In this document: positions 45,162-61,473 of the stretch, piece after piece
Layout: every line of letters starts with the position of its first letter
How positions within the stretch are numbered: position 1 is the first letter of the stretch
DNA from: Eledone cirrhosa
Taxonomy: Eukaryota
DNA: 64,000 bases
Direction: 5' to 3'
Assembly: GCA_964016885.1 (NCBI GenBank)
Contig: OZ024748.1
Span: 20,770,001-20,834,000 of the forward strand
Translations under genes and position numbers: made by a program
Notes under the pieces: model-generated
Seen by the model: the letters and a program-made list of their open reading frames with translations, nothing else
Told to the model about the DNA's origin: nothing
The model's database searches: none

Positions 45162-46470
45162 TGCGGTGGATTAGCAGAGTCGTTAGAGCGTTGAACAAAC
45201 TCTAAAAACGGTATTAGAAGAAGGCATAGATACGGAAACTCTATAGGTAATGAACACAACCACAAGAATATGGTCCGAACGTGGAAGAACCGAACTCCCA
45301 TTGTCATCGCCTCCATCTCTGTCGCCCTACCCATCTCTCTGTATGGTGAGCAAATGGGGTCCCACGTGCTGGCCTTCCCCACAACCCCGGCGGACAGAAT
45401 GAAGAAGGCGTTTCCCCGGAGGATGGTAAGGGAGATGCGCTGGAAGAGCCATTCCAACTCGCGAGGCTCACACCAGCAGCTGGCCATTCCTGCTCTTTAC
45501 TTTCTGGGTTCAAATACCGCCGAGGTTACCTTTAGTTTTTAGGGTTACGGGGTCGCTAAAATAAAGCACCTGTAACGCACTGGGGGCGATTTAATCGACT
45601 TTCCCATCCCCCCAAATTGCTGGCCTTGTGCCTATAGTAATAATCATTATTATTATTGGGTTCGAGGTTAACTTTGCCTTTCACCCTTACGGGGTCGATA
45701 AAATAAAGTACCAGTAATGCACTGGGTAATTGCTGGCCTTGTGCCAAAAGTAGAAACAATTATTATTGGGTTGGCAGAGTTGTTAGAGCGTTGAGCAAAC
45801 ACTTAAAATGATATTTGTTTCTGCTGTTTACTTTCTGGATTCAAATCCGGCTGAGGTTAGGCTTTGCTTTCCAACTTTACGGGGCGATAAAATAAAGTAC
45901 CAGTAATACACTGGGGCCAATTTAATCGACTTTCCCCTTCCCTAAAATTGTTGGCCTGGTGCATAAATCATAAACCATTAGTAATGTACTGGGTAATTGC
46001 TGGCCTTGTGCCTAAAGTAGAAACAATTATTGGCGGTGGATTGGCAGTATCGGTAGAGGGTCGGACGCCATGCTTTGACGCATAGAGTTATGGCCCTTGC
46101 CATTCCGAGGTTAACTTTGCCTTTCATCCTTACGGGGTCGATAAAATAAAAGTACCAGTAATGCACTGGGGTAATTGCTGGCCTTGTGCCAAAAAGTAGA
46201 AACAATTATTATTAGACATCTTTCAAATCCCGCCGATGTTAGTTTTACCTTTCATCCTTACGGGGTCGATAAAATAAAGTACCAGTACTGGGGTCAGTAG
46301 ATTGGTATAATCGGTAGCGCGCCGGACAAAATGTTTTGCAATATTTAGTTTCGATCTTTTATATTCTGAGTTCAAACCCTAACGAGATTAACTTGCCTTT
46401 TATCTTTAGGCGGGGCGATAAATAAAGTACCAGTTAATTGCTGGCCTTGTGCCAATGCTAGAAAGAATTG
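45162..46470 (+). mobile_element. Head-to-tail chain of about 7 SINE family 1 copies and fragments
   Basis: Repeated CCTTTCA.CCTTACGGGGTCGATAAAATAAAGTACCAG blocks, all on +. Confidence 0.85.
45214..45487 (-). pseudogene. CRE-like non-LTR retrotransposon 3' end nested in a SINE
   Basis: EPRELEWLFQRISLTILRGNA matches the FL.QRIS.AIQRGNA terminal motif; SINE sequence resumes on both sides. Confidence 0.7.
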
Positions 46471-47437
46471 TTGTTGTTGTTGTTGTTGTCGTCATCCTGT
46501 TCTCATTGTTTTTTCCTGTCATTATCATATTATTGTCGTTATTCTTGTTGTCATTATCCTGTTCTCGTTGTTGTTGTCGTTGTTTTTGTTCCTGCTGCTA
46601 TTGTAGTTGTTCTTCTTATCATTATCCTATTGTTGTTGTTGTTATTGTAATTGATTTTGTTGCTGTTGTTGTAGTTGCTTTTGTTGCTGTTGCTGTTGTT
46701 TTTGTTGCCGTTGCTGTTATTGTTGTAGTTGTTTTTGTAACTGCTGTTGTTGTTGTTGTTATTGGTAATGCTGTTGTTGTTGTTGTTGTAGATTTTGTTG
46801 CAGTTACTGTGCTGCTGTTGTTCGTGTCATCCTATTGTTGTAGTTGTTGCTGTTGTTGTTATTGTTGTTGTCATTATCCCGTAGTTTCCAATGACTTCGT
46901 GTAAGTAATGTAGTGGTTAATGACGAGAGAGGTTTACATGTTAGTAATGTTAGTAATGTTAGTAATGTTAGTAATGTTAGCAATATTAGTAATGTTAATA
47001 ATGTTAACAATGTTAGCTTTTGTTTCATTTTAAATCCGAGCCATTACACACTGACATTAAACCGATTTCCATAATATTATATTACACTTCATTAACTTTA
47101 CCTTTCATCCTTACGGAGTCGATAAAATAAAGTACCAGTAATACACTGGAATAATTGCTGGCCTTGTGCCAAAAGTAGAAACAATTATATTATATTATAC
47201 TAAAGTATACTATATTATATTATATTATAGATTAACATTAGGATTTCTCTTTTATTCTATTTCTTTTTAATGTTATGTTATGTCACTCGATTTATTATAT
47301 TGTGTGGTGTTGTTGTTGTCTTGAGATTTTGTTTTTGTTTGTTTGTTGCTTTGTTTGTTTGTTTGTTTGTTTTGTGTCTGGAATAATTTAATCTAGAAAC
47401 ATTAATCTTGTGAAATATTCGTCGTCTCTCAACACAG

Positions 47438-47571
47438 TTCTTCATCTGCCTCACCTGCAGCCTGTCTTTTCCTACCTGTACTACTTCGCTTACCTGCTCT
47501 ACCTGCCCTACCTGTCATACCTGTCTTACCTGTTCTCTTCATACCAATTCTTCAACGAGGAATTATCTAAG
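47438..47571 (+). other. Candidate exon with 9-bp periodic ACCTG repeats
   Basis: CTCTCAACACAG| acceptor and AAG|GTAGGT donor; all three frames are nearly open. Confidence 0.35.
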
Positions 47572-47624
47572 GTAGGTTTAGTTCAGTGACTTAGACAATG
47601 CAATGGTATACAGCATCAGTAATA

Positions 47625-48236
47625 ATGGTTTCTTACGTAGGCACAAGGCCAGCAAATTTGGGGGTGGGAGGGGAAAGTCAATTAAATCGACACCAGTGTG
47701 TGACTGGTACTTTATTTTATTGACCCCGTAAGGATGAAACGAAACGCTAACCTTGATAAGATTTGAACTCAGATCGTAAAACGCCGTAACTCTATGCTAT
47801 AGAGCATGTTATCTAATCCACCGCCAATCAGTAATCATAATATTGGTTACGATTAAAGATTCAAAGAATTATACTTACAGCAACCGCCACAAACATCGTA
47901 TCAGAGTTATCTCCAGTGTTACTATTGCCACCATAGCACCGTTATATCTATTAGCAATATGTTTTATTATGAGGTTAATTTTGCCTTTCATCCTTACGGA
48001 GTCGATAAAATAATTGTTTCTACTTTAGACACAAGGCCAACAATTCTCTCAGTGCATTACTGGTACTTTATTTTATCGACCCCGTAAGGATGAAAGGCAA
48101 AGTCAACCTCGGCGGGATTTGAACTCAGTCTGTAAAGGGACGTAACTATGCTGGAAAGCATGGCGTCCGACCCTCTACCAATACTGCCAATCCACCGCCA
48201 ATCCACGGAGTCGATAAAATAATGTACCAGTAATAC
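47625..48236. mobile_element. SINE family 1 cluster, including a minus copy (48011-48198) nested in a plus copy with duplicated ACGGAGTCGATAAAATAAT
   Basis: Flanking duplication at ~47996-48014 and ~48205-48223. Confidence 0.8.
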
Positions 48237-48353
48237 ATAAGTGACCACAGGTGACAAAGGTACACAATACATTAGTAGAATACAGGCATGTTTATTTTAT
48301 TATAGAAATAACTGACATCTACAGGACTACGTAAGAAACCATCAGGAAAGTAC

Positions 48354-48384
<31 letters not shown>

Positions 48385-48387
48385 GGT

Positions 48388-48473
<86 letters not shown>

Positions 48474-49340
48474 TACTGGCCTTGTACCAAACTTTAAAAC
48501 CAATATTACATAACAAATTATTAAAATGTAGCTACCATTTCCTATAGTGAGCCACGCACCATCCCTCTTCTTCCAGACTTCCAGAGAGTAGGGAGCTGGT
48601 TACACAGTGTAGATAAGGTCAGCATGACCAAAGTGATTTCATAAATTAGTAGGAAGTTGTTATAGAAAAACATTGATGGTTCCATGTGATGTTTGAATTA
48701 AACATCAGTTCTGGAAAGTATTACATAAACATGTTTGTTTTGATAAGACATTTTATGCATGGTATTACCTCATAGGGTATCGCGCCCACTTGGGGTCATT
48801 CCGTGTAGTTAACTACAAAGACTTATAGAGAGAGCCAATAAAAAAGGGAACAGGGTGCGTTGTGAGTGATAGAGGTAGAGAAGGTATATGGAAGATACGA
48901 ATATATATTAACGTAAAGTGTAAAATATAATATATAAATATAATATAAATTTACGTATATGTACGTGTATATATATATATATATGAATGATGTATGTATG
49001 TGCGTATATACGTATCAGTGTATATGTATGTTTGTATGCAAGTACACACATACACGAATATAGGAAAACTCATATATATATTGTATTTACGAGCATACAT
49101 GTTTTATGTAAATAAATGAAGATTCAATTCAATATGTCAGCTTGCGTGCATTAAGAAATTTAATATATGAAAATAAATATACACACGCACATACCGACAC
49201 ATAGACATATACACGAATATACATATATGTGTAAGCACACACATATACACCCCACCAATATGTATATACTTGTGTGCGTGTATGTGAGTGTATATATGTA
49301 TATATGTATATATGTGTATAATTGTGTGCATGTATGTGAA

Positions 49341-49434
<94 letters not shown>

Positions 49435-49731
49435 CATGTATACACTCACGTACACGCACACAAGTATACAACAAAGAAGGAATTCTTATATGCATAAATA
49501 ATATATTTGTATGTATGTATGAATGTAGGTATGTATGTATATATGTATGTGTCTATGTGTGTATGTATATGTGCATGTGTGTATGTGTGTATGTATGTGT
49601 GTGTCTATGAGTGTATGTATATGTGTATGTGTGTATGTATGTATGTATGTATGTGTGTGTCTATGTGTGTATGCAAGTATGAATCACTGTTTCTCTCCTC
49701 TTTTCTCACTATATATATATATTTGACTGTA

Positions 49732-49765
<34 letters not shown>

Positions 49766-50284
49766 ACTGTATGTGTTTGTGTGTGTGACTGCACGTGACT
49801 CTGTGTGTGTATGAGTAATTGACTCTATATGATTGTGTGTGTATATGTATAAGTTGACTAGCTGCATGTGACTGCGTGTGTGTGTGTATATATGAATGAC
49901 GGGCTGTATGTGACTGTGTGTGCATGTATGAGTGAGTGCGTGTGTATGAATGGGTGACTGGCTGTATGTGATTGTGTGTGTATGTGTGCGGATATATATG
50001 TAGCTTTATATGGCTCTGTATACATGTAAGTACGTATGTATGTATGTATGTATGTATGTATGTATGTATATAAGTACGACATATGTATGTATATATGTAA
50101 GTACACATGTATGTATATATGTAAGTACGAATGTATGTATGTATGTAAGTACGTATGTATGTATATACGTAAGTACGTATGTATATATGTAAGTAGGTAT
50201 TATATATGTAAGTACGTATGTATGTATGTCTGTCTGTCTGTATGTATATATGTATGTATGTATGTATCTATATATGTATGTATG

Positions 50285-50318
<34 letters not shown>

Positions 50319-50419
50319 TCTATATATGTATGTATGTGTAAACTTTAGTACGGCGTCAGAAGTATACCACGCTGTAAATAGACCAGCATATTTTATATCT
50401 ATTTCCAACTTAATATAAT

Positions 50420-50603
50420 TAATTGTTTCTACATTTGGCACAAGGCCAGCAAATTCTCAGTACATTACTGGTACTTTATTTTATCGACCCCGTAAGGATG
50501 AAATGCAAAGTTGACCTCGGCGGGATTTGAACTCAGATCATAAGGGGACGTAACTCTATGCTAGAAAGCATGTCTGACCCTCTACCGATGCTGCCAATTC
50601 ACC
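50420..50603 (-). mobile_element. SINE family 1
   Basis: Matches family consensus. Confidence 0.85.
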
Positions 50604-50660
50604 GTAATGCAGTAAATGAAAGCGGAATTAGGAAGGGTAGATAATAGTAATTGTATATAC

Positions 50661-50692
<32 letters not shown>

Positions 50693-50767
50693 CTGTGTGT
50701 GCGTGTATGTGTGCGGATATATATGTAGCTTTATATGGCTCTGTATATATGTAATATATGTAAGTAC

Positions 50768-50826
<59 letters not shown>

Positions 50827-50829
50827 TAT

Positions 50830-51456
<627 letters not shown>

Positions 51457-52117
51457 TTCCTTTATATATATATATATATATATATAGGTGTACCCTGGGC
51501 AATGTAGTTTCAGAATATATATGGTTATTGGGGTCTATCTACAAAACTACAAGAGTAGTTCGTGAACAAACAAACAAACAGACATGAATACAACTATATA
51601 TATATATATATATACAGTAGAATAATCGAGTATCGAAAAATCGGCGCACGAGTTCACGATAAACAAAATTCGAAATGAGCGGCAGAGGGCTCAATAATTC
51701 AGATAAATCAGAGCTATAACTATCGTTAAAATACCGACACACATAGAACATGTCTAAAATCAACCATACAACCGAATAATTACGATCTGGAAGATTCGGG
51801 ACACTCAGATAAAATATCAATAAATCAATAAATCAAATGAATGTAAAAAGCATACCCGGACCCGCTAGAAAGATGGTAAATCTAGCTTCTTGGGTTTCTG
51901 TAAATCCTTAAACCGCCCTCCATCAGCCCACATAAAAATATATAAGACTTCTAGAAAGCAGCGGACCGGAATTTACTTCCTCAACGAGCTTTTGTCCGAA
52001 CGAATATAAAGGCATATATACATATATATTTATATATATATATATAAATATATATACATACATATATACATATATATATACATACATATATATATACATA
52101 CATATATACATATATAT

Positions 52118-52188
<71 letters not shown>

Positions 52189-52202
52189 TGTGTGTGTGTG
52201 TA

Positions 52203-52350
52203 TAACAAAGAGGGTGTGGTAAGATGCCAGGTGGACCATAACGCACCAGAGTGCTCAATACTTAGGGTAGTAGAGTGGGTAACAGGAAACGACTCAGGAC
52301 CCCGACGGCTGAGCTCCGGCCGTTTCGACAGCTAGATCCGAAGCTTTTCC
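52203..52350 (-). mobile_element. Family D truncated copy
   Basis: Homology to 17752-17885. Confidence 0.8.
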
Positions 52351-52358
52351 TATATATA

Positions 52359-52955
<597 letters not shown>

Positions 52956-53639
52956 TATACACGGGTGTGTATGATTGTGTATAGAAGATTATATTAATAA
53001 AAGGAATTCCAACTTTGTCTGATTTACTCGTTTTATTTACAATCCTTTAAAATTATAATATCAGAATGAAATAGTATGGTAGAATATTAAATGTTAAGTG
53101 TTAATTGAACAAGTACGTTTATGCTTTCGCAATCTTCAGGTTCATACTAAGTGGTGACAGTCAAGTTTGAAATTTTGAACATATATATATATGTGTGTAT
53201 ATGGTGGATGGTGACTCGGGTGACTAGAGCATACACTAATTGTACTCGATCAGAAGACACTGAAAACTACAACCCACCGGGGATATTACTGGTATCACAT
53301 GTGTACAAATGACAAAGTGGGAAATTAAGATCAATAGATTAACAAAGAAATAGGAAAAAAAAAGAATTGATTTTCTCAATATCTATAAATGACACTTCTA
53401 GATCTACAGGATCATATCATTTTGAATCAATGATAAACTTATGAACAATTAGGCTTAGAAATTTGATTTTGAAAAATAAAATTTGACAATGAGATTTACA
53501 ATAGCGAGTTTTTATTTTTATATTTTATTTTCAATTACTTATCGATTTTGTTGATCGATATTTTATGTCCGATGAAAGTCAGGCTTAACTTTTGCTTTTT
53601 AATGAATGATGAAATTATGGCTTGTGAATCGTGGAAAAC

Positions 53640-54790
53640 CATACACAGACCTGTACAAGCACCCAACCACACAGAAGAGTACTGCCCCTCACCGCCATCA
53701 TCATCACCACCACCACATATAGACAAGTAGAAGCGCCCCCTCATCACCACCACAACAACAACAACCACACATAGACAAGTACAACCACTCACCACCATCA
53801 CCATCACCACCACCACCACCACCACCACCATTTCAACACATAGACAAATACAACCTGTCACCGCTATCACCACCATCACCACATATAGACAAGTACAAGA
53901 CCTTCCACCGCCACCACCATCTCAACACATAGACAAGTACAACCCCTCACCGCCATCACCACCACTACCACTACATATAGACATGTACACCCCCCTCCAC
54001 CACAACCACAACAACAACAACCACACATAGACAAGTAAAACCCTTCACCACCATCAACAACACGACATCACATAGACATGTACAAGCCCTCCTCCACCAC
54101 AACCACCACCACAACCACCCACACACATAGACAAGCACAACCCCTCACCGCCATCACCACCACCACCACTACATATAGACATGTACACCCCCTTCTACCA
54201 CCACCACCACCACCACCACAACAACAATAACCACACATAGACAAGTACAACCCCTCACCGCCATCACCACCACCACCACTACATATAGACATGTACACCC
54301 CCTTCCACCAGCACCACCACCACCACAACCACCCACACACATAGACAAGAACAACCCCTCACCGCCATCACCACCACCACCACTACATATAGACATGTAC
54401 ACCCCCTTCTACCACCACCACCACCACCACCACAACAACAATAACCACACATAGACAAGTACAACCCCTCACCGCCATCACCACCACCACCACTACATAT
54501 AGACATGTACACCCCCTTCCACCAGCACCACCACCACCACAACCACCCACACACATAGACAAGCACAACCCCTCACCGCCATCACCACCACCACCACTAC
54601 ATATAGACATGTACACCCCCTTCTACCACCACCACCACCACCACCACAACAACAATAACCATACATAGACAAGTACAACCCCTCACCGCCATCACCACCA
54701 CCACCACTACATATAGACATGTACACCCCCTTCCACCACCACCACCACCACCACAACAACAACAACAACCACACATAGACAAGAACAACC
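53640..54790. repeat. ~54-bp minisatellite with 214-bp higher-order period
   Basis: Alternating CATAGACAAG and TATAGACATG anchors; equivalent ORF ends at 54169/54383/54597. Confidence 0.85.
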
Positions 54791-54909
54791 CAACGACACA
54801 GACCCGCACGAGCAACCTATCACATAGAAACCAGTCCTTAAAATGATCGTTAAGTGCTAGACAGGGGGGGGGGAAGGAAATGGAAGACAGGAGAGCAGAG
54901 TCACCATGA

Positions 54910-56350
54910 CGAGTGTGGTCGTAACAGTTGTTCGTCACACCGGCTTGATGGGGGTAACCCCACCCCATTATATGAATACGATCTGAGTTCAAATCCGGCT
55001 GAGGTTGACTTTGCCTTTCATCCTTACGGGGTCGATAAAATAAAGTACCAGTAATGCACTGGGTGATTGATGGCCGTGTGCCTAAAGTAGAAACAATTAT
55101 ATGAAATACGGTACCATGTGGAGCGATTGGGCCTTAATAACCCTATCAAGCGGGTGGCCGTAACAGTTGGCAGTCAGATTGGCTTGATAGGGTTAACCCC
55201 CACCTCATTATATGAAATAGAGTACGATGTGGTGCGATTGGGTCTTAACAACCCTATCAAGCGGGTGGACGTAACAGTTGGCAGTCAGATTGGCTTGATG
55301 GGGTTAGTCCCACCCTTAATATATGAAATAGTGTACCGTGTGGAGCGATTGGGTCTTAACAACCCTATCCAGCGGGTGGACGTAACAGTTGGCAGTCACA
55401 ACGTCTTGGTTGGGTTAATACCACCCCAGTATATGAAATAGTGTACCATGTGGAGCGATTGGGCCTTAACAACACTATCAAGTGTTTGGACGTAACAGTT
55501 GGCAGTCACAACGTCTTGATGGGGTTAATACCACCCCAGTATATGAAATAGTGTACCATGTGGAGCGATTGGGCCTTAACAACACTATCAAGTGTTTGGA
55601 CGTAACAGTTGGCAGTCACAACGTCTTGATGGGGTTAATACCACCCCAGTATATGAAATAGTGTACCGTGTGGAGCGATTGGGCCTTAACAACACTATCA
55701 AGTGTTTGGACGTAACAGTTGGCAGTCACAACGTCTTGGTGGGGTTAATACCACCCCAGTATATGAAATAGCGTACCATTTGGAGCGATTGGGCCTTAAC
55801 AACACTATCAAGTGTTTGGACGTAACAGTTGGCAGTCACAACGTCTTGATGGGGTTAATACCACCCCAGTATATGAAATAGCGTACCATTTGGAGCGATT
55901 GGGCCTTAACAACACTATCAAGTGTTTGGACGCAACAGTTGGCAGTCACAACGTCTTCATGGGGTTAATACCACCCCAGTATATGAAATAGCGTACCATT
56001 TGGAGCGATTGGGCCTTAACAACACTATCAAGTGTTTGGACGTAACAGTTGGCAGTCACAACGTCTTGATGGGGTTAATACCACCCCAGTATATGAAATA
56101 GCGTACCATTTGGAGCGATTGGGCCTTAACAACACTATCAAGTGTTTGGACGCAACAGTTGGCAGTCACAACGTCTTCATGGGGTTAATACCACCCCAGT
56201 ATATGAAATAGCGTACCATTTGGAGCGATTGGGCCTTAACAACACTATCAAGTGTTTGGACGTAACAGTTGGCAGTCACAACGTCTTGATGGGGTTAATA
56301 CCACCCCAGTATATGAAATAGCGTACCATTTGGAGCGATTGGGCCTTAAC
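54910..56350. repeat. 110/111-bp tandem array (11 full units plus partials) with a SINE 1 fragment at 54977-55098
   Basis: ATATGAAAT starts at 55099, 55210, 55321, 55431 and then every 110 bp to 56311. Confidence 0.95.
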
Positions 56351-56624
56351 GATGAAGTCTCCGCTGAAAGACAGCCGGAGTAAAACGATTGTGAACAGGG
56401 GGAATAACAAATTTGTTGTGAATGGGGAGGGATGAGATAAAGTGAAGGTAAGAATGGGAATCGGTGACTTTGAAAAATACGGAGGTGGAAAGGTGCTTCC
56501 TCTGGGAGCATTGACGGTGTATGACACGATTTATCACTCGTTGAACCATACCTCATTCATAAAACGGAGTTTTATTAGCTTATAAAGGCTTATCTATTTG
56601 TATATATATGTATATATGTATGTG

Positions 56625-56689
<65 letters not shown>

Positions 56690-56778
56690 TAATTGATCTA
56701 CGGTTCTTATATATTTGATATATATTTATCCTTATCGAGCCCTCTTTGGATTTTAGTCTTCAAATTTATTATTATTAC

Positions 56779-56837
<59 letters not shown>

Positions 56838-56943
56838 GTGTGTGTGTGTGTGTGTGTGTGTGTCTCTCTGTGTGTGTACGCACGTATGCGTATGTAACTG
56901 AATGGATCAATAGAAAGATAGACCAATATATGTATCCATCTAT

Positions 56944-56984
<41 letters not shown>

Positions 56985-57153
56985 CGTATATATCTCCTTA
57001 CCACATCTTTCTCTGTCAACCAATCTCTCCTCTCCCTCTCCCTCTTTCTATCTCGCCATCTATCCATCTACCTATCTATCTATCAAGTCATCTATCCATC
57101 TATCCATCTATCTATCCATCTATCCATCTATCTATCTATCTATTCATCCATCC

Positions 57154-57210
<57 letters not shown>

Positions 57211-57242
57211 GCCATATAACTATCTACCCATATAACTATCTA

Positions 57243-57420
<178 letters not shown>

Positions 57421-57734
57421 CTGCCATCTAACTATCTGTAATATTACCTTTACAGGAAAATTATTGTCGGCTGATAGAATCAAATGAAATAGGGGGACGA
57501 ATAAATATTTATCTGCTGCAGTTTTGCGATAAATAAAACGAATTGGTTGATACTTTGTGATCTGAGCTACATCTATCAATGGAAAGTCCCCTTATTGAGT
57601 TCAAAAGGGCTGCAAATGTATTTGGTGACGTTCTCGTCTTCACTTCAAGTGACAAACATTCTTCAAATTGTAAAATGGTCGGCTAACTTTCAAAAACCTA
57701 TACTATACTATATATATATATATATATATGTATA

Positions 57735-58142
57735 TAAAATATTAAACAAATAATGAATAAACAATGAGACAGTTCCTTATATTAAACAAAAAAAGTTCAT
57801 TATTTAACGATCGTTTCTAGGATATATATGTGTTAGAATTGGCATGCATATTCAACAGATCTATGTACAAAATTATACAAAATTATACAAACTATCAAGA
57901 TTAAATATACATACCAACACATATATACGCCGTCTTCAGAAATAATTTTTTTTGTTTAATATAAGGAACTGTCTCATTGTTTATTCATTATTTGTTTAAT
58001 ATTTTATCTTGACTCTGTATACCGTTTATCTTTCACCGAAAGTGATTTTTCATTACATCTCTTCTTTCCATGATATCCGGAATACATTGAGTTCTTCATA
58101 CGGATTGGACACTACCGTAAACTCTTGGTAGATTTATCTACA
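57735..58142. mobile_element. Family B element with HHR at 57799-57946 (-)
   Basis: Same HHR and the same two outer ends as 30543-31030. Confidence 0.8.
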
Positions 58143-58158
58143 TATATATGTATATATA

Positions 58159-58239
<81 letters not shown>

Positions 58240-58291
58240 ATATATATACGATATATTAACAAATGGAAAATATATTTATAAAACCATATTT

Positions 58292-58354
58292 ATTTCATTA
58301 TACATATTTCAAGGACACCAAGTTAAATTATGCTGTGCTTTCATCAGATAAAAT
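58292..58354 (-). ncRNA. Type I hammerhead ribozyme (family F)
   Basis: UUUUAU-CUGAUGA-AAGCAC...GUGucCUU-GAAAU augu AUA-AUGAAA. Confidence 0.75.
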
Positions 58355-58440
58355 ATAAAATATAATATAGATCAGTTTTATAAATAAATATTGACATACC
58401 TTTAAAGAATGCGACCATTTCTGTTGGAAGCTCCCGGATA

Positions 58441-58536
<96 letters not shown>

Positions 58537-58823
58537 CAGCCGATGATGAAAACATTTTTTCCTCTTTTAAGCATTTTCACCCGGATTTTATAAACAACTT
58601 TATATATATATATAGAGAGAGAGAGATTTTACAGCATTACACTTATATACATATGTTTGTGTGTGTGTGTGAGTGAGTGTGTGTGTGTGTGTATGTTTCC
58701 GTGTGTATGCGTCTGTGTGTGTGTGTATGTATATGTATCTGTATTTTGTCTTGAGACATGAGGTATCAGATAACCCGATAAATTGATGTGTGTATGCGTG
58801 TGTATGTGTATGTGTATATATTT

Positions 58824-58857
<34 letters not shown>

Positions 58858-58883
58858 GTATACATATATATATATATATGTAT

Positions 58884-59052
58884 ATAACAAAGAAAGTGTG
58901 GTAAGGAACCAGGAGGACCATAACGCACCAGAGTACTCGATACTTAGGGTAGTAGAGTAGGCAATAGGAAAAAAGTCAGGACCCCAACGGCTGAGCTGCA
59001 GCCGTTCTAGCTGTCGAAACGGCCGGAGCTCAGCCGTCGGGGTCCTGACTCT

Positions 59053-59054
<2 letters not shown>
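58884..59054. mobile_element. Family D inverted pLTR
   Basis: ~58974-59007 is inverted at ~59018-59051. Confidence 0.8.
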
Positions 59055-59090
<36 letters not shown>

Positions 59091-59094
59091 TCAT

Positions 59095-59591
<497 letters not shown>

Positions 59592-59970
59592 GAGGTTATG
59601 CTAATTGTACTCACAAAAAACCACAACGATATCCCCAAAACATTAAAGACAAGACAATTTCCAATATCAACGGTATGCTTGGAAAATACAGAGAATGGTT
59701 TGGTTTTGTTGTTCAAGAATTGATAAACGTTATTGTCTTCAATAAAACAAATGCCCCCTCTCCTCATCTCTGTCCAATTTCGGTTCCCTTAAAAGGGAAC
59801 ATAAATATTTACTTTCTATTTTCCCCATATTAATAAAATAAGTTCCAGCTCAGAACAAGGTGACATCTTTCGATGACATTTTATGCCATAGCAGAAAGAA
59901 ATATATTTGTGTTTCGGACTAAATAAATCTTTATTATTTTACTGTTGTGTTCTCTCTGATGTATTTGTAG

Positions 59971-61363
59971 TTACAGGAGAACTACAGCAACTGGAACAAT
60001 AGCAACAGCAGCAACAACAATAACAACAACAGTGACAGGAAAAACAACAGCTATGACAGCAGCAACGACAACAACAGCAACGACAACAACAGCAACAGGG
60101 ACAATAGCAACATCAGCAAAAACAATACTAACAACAACAGTAACAAGAACAACAATACTAACAACAATAGTAACAAGAACAACAATACTAACAACAACAG
60201 TAACAAGAACAACAATAATAACAACAACAGTAACAAGAACAACAATACTAACAACAACAGTAACAAGAACAACAATAATAACAACAACAGTAACAAGAAC
60301 AACAATACTAACAACAACAGTAACAAGAACAACAATAATAACAACAACAGTAACAAGAACAACAACAATAACAACAACAGTAACAAGAACAACAACAATA
60401 ACAACAACAGTAACAAGAACAACAATAATAACAACAACAGTAACAAGAACAACAACAATAACAACAACAGTAACAAGAACAACAATAATAACAACAGTAA
60501 CAAGAACAACAATAACAATAACAGCAACAACAAGAACGATAACAACAACAACGATAACAACAACAACAACAACAACAACGATAACAACAACAGCAACAAC
60601 AACAACGATAACAACAACAGCAACAACAACAACGATAACAACAGCAACAACAACAACGATAACAACAACAGTAACAAGAACAACAATAATAACAACAACA
60701 GTAACAAGAACAACAATAACAACAACAGCAACAACAACAACGATAACAACAACAGCAACAACAACAACGATAACAACAGCAACAACAACAACGATAACAA
60801 CAACAGTAACAAAAAACAACAATAATAACAACAACAGTAACAAGAACAACAATAACAACAACAGCAACAACAACAACGATAACAACAGCAACAACAACAA
60901 CGATAATAACAACAACAACAACAACAACGATAACAACAACAGCAACAACAACAACAACGATAACAACAACAACAACAACAACAACAACAACGATAACAAC
61001 AACAGTAACAATAACAACAATAACAACAACAGCAACAACAACAACGATAACAACAACAACAACAACGATAACAACAACAAGAACAACGATAACAACAACA
61101 GTAACAAGAACAACAATAACAACAACAACAACAACGATAACAACAACAACAACAACAACGATAACAACAACAGCAACAACAACAATAACAACAACAACAA
61201 CAACAATAACAACAACAGTAACAAGAACAACAACAACAACAACGGTAACAATAACAGCAGTAACAATAATAACAACAACAACAAAAATATGGACAACAAC
61301 AACAATAACAACAACAGTTGGAACAATCACAATATTAACAACAATAATAACGAGTGTTTATGA
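59971..61363 (+). other. (AAC)-derived 30-bp minisatellite; possible Thr-rich mucin-like exon
   Basis: Good acceptor TTCTCTCTGATGTATTTGTAG; TILTTTVTRT repeats; one +1 slip at ~60811. Confidence 0.25.
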
Positions 61364-61431
61364 GTTTGTCTAAATTTCTTTGTATGTGGGGGGGGGGGAT
61401 AAGTGTGTATGTTGGCTTGCATGTCTCATTA

Positions 61432-61441
61432 ACCACCACCA

Positions 61442-61473
<32 letters not shown>

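Noticed and set aside
55099-56350. CRISPR array or coding repeat
   Set aside because: No unique spacers, eukaryotic context, and the 110-bp period breaks frame.
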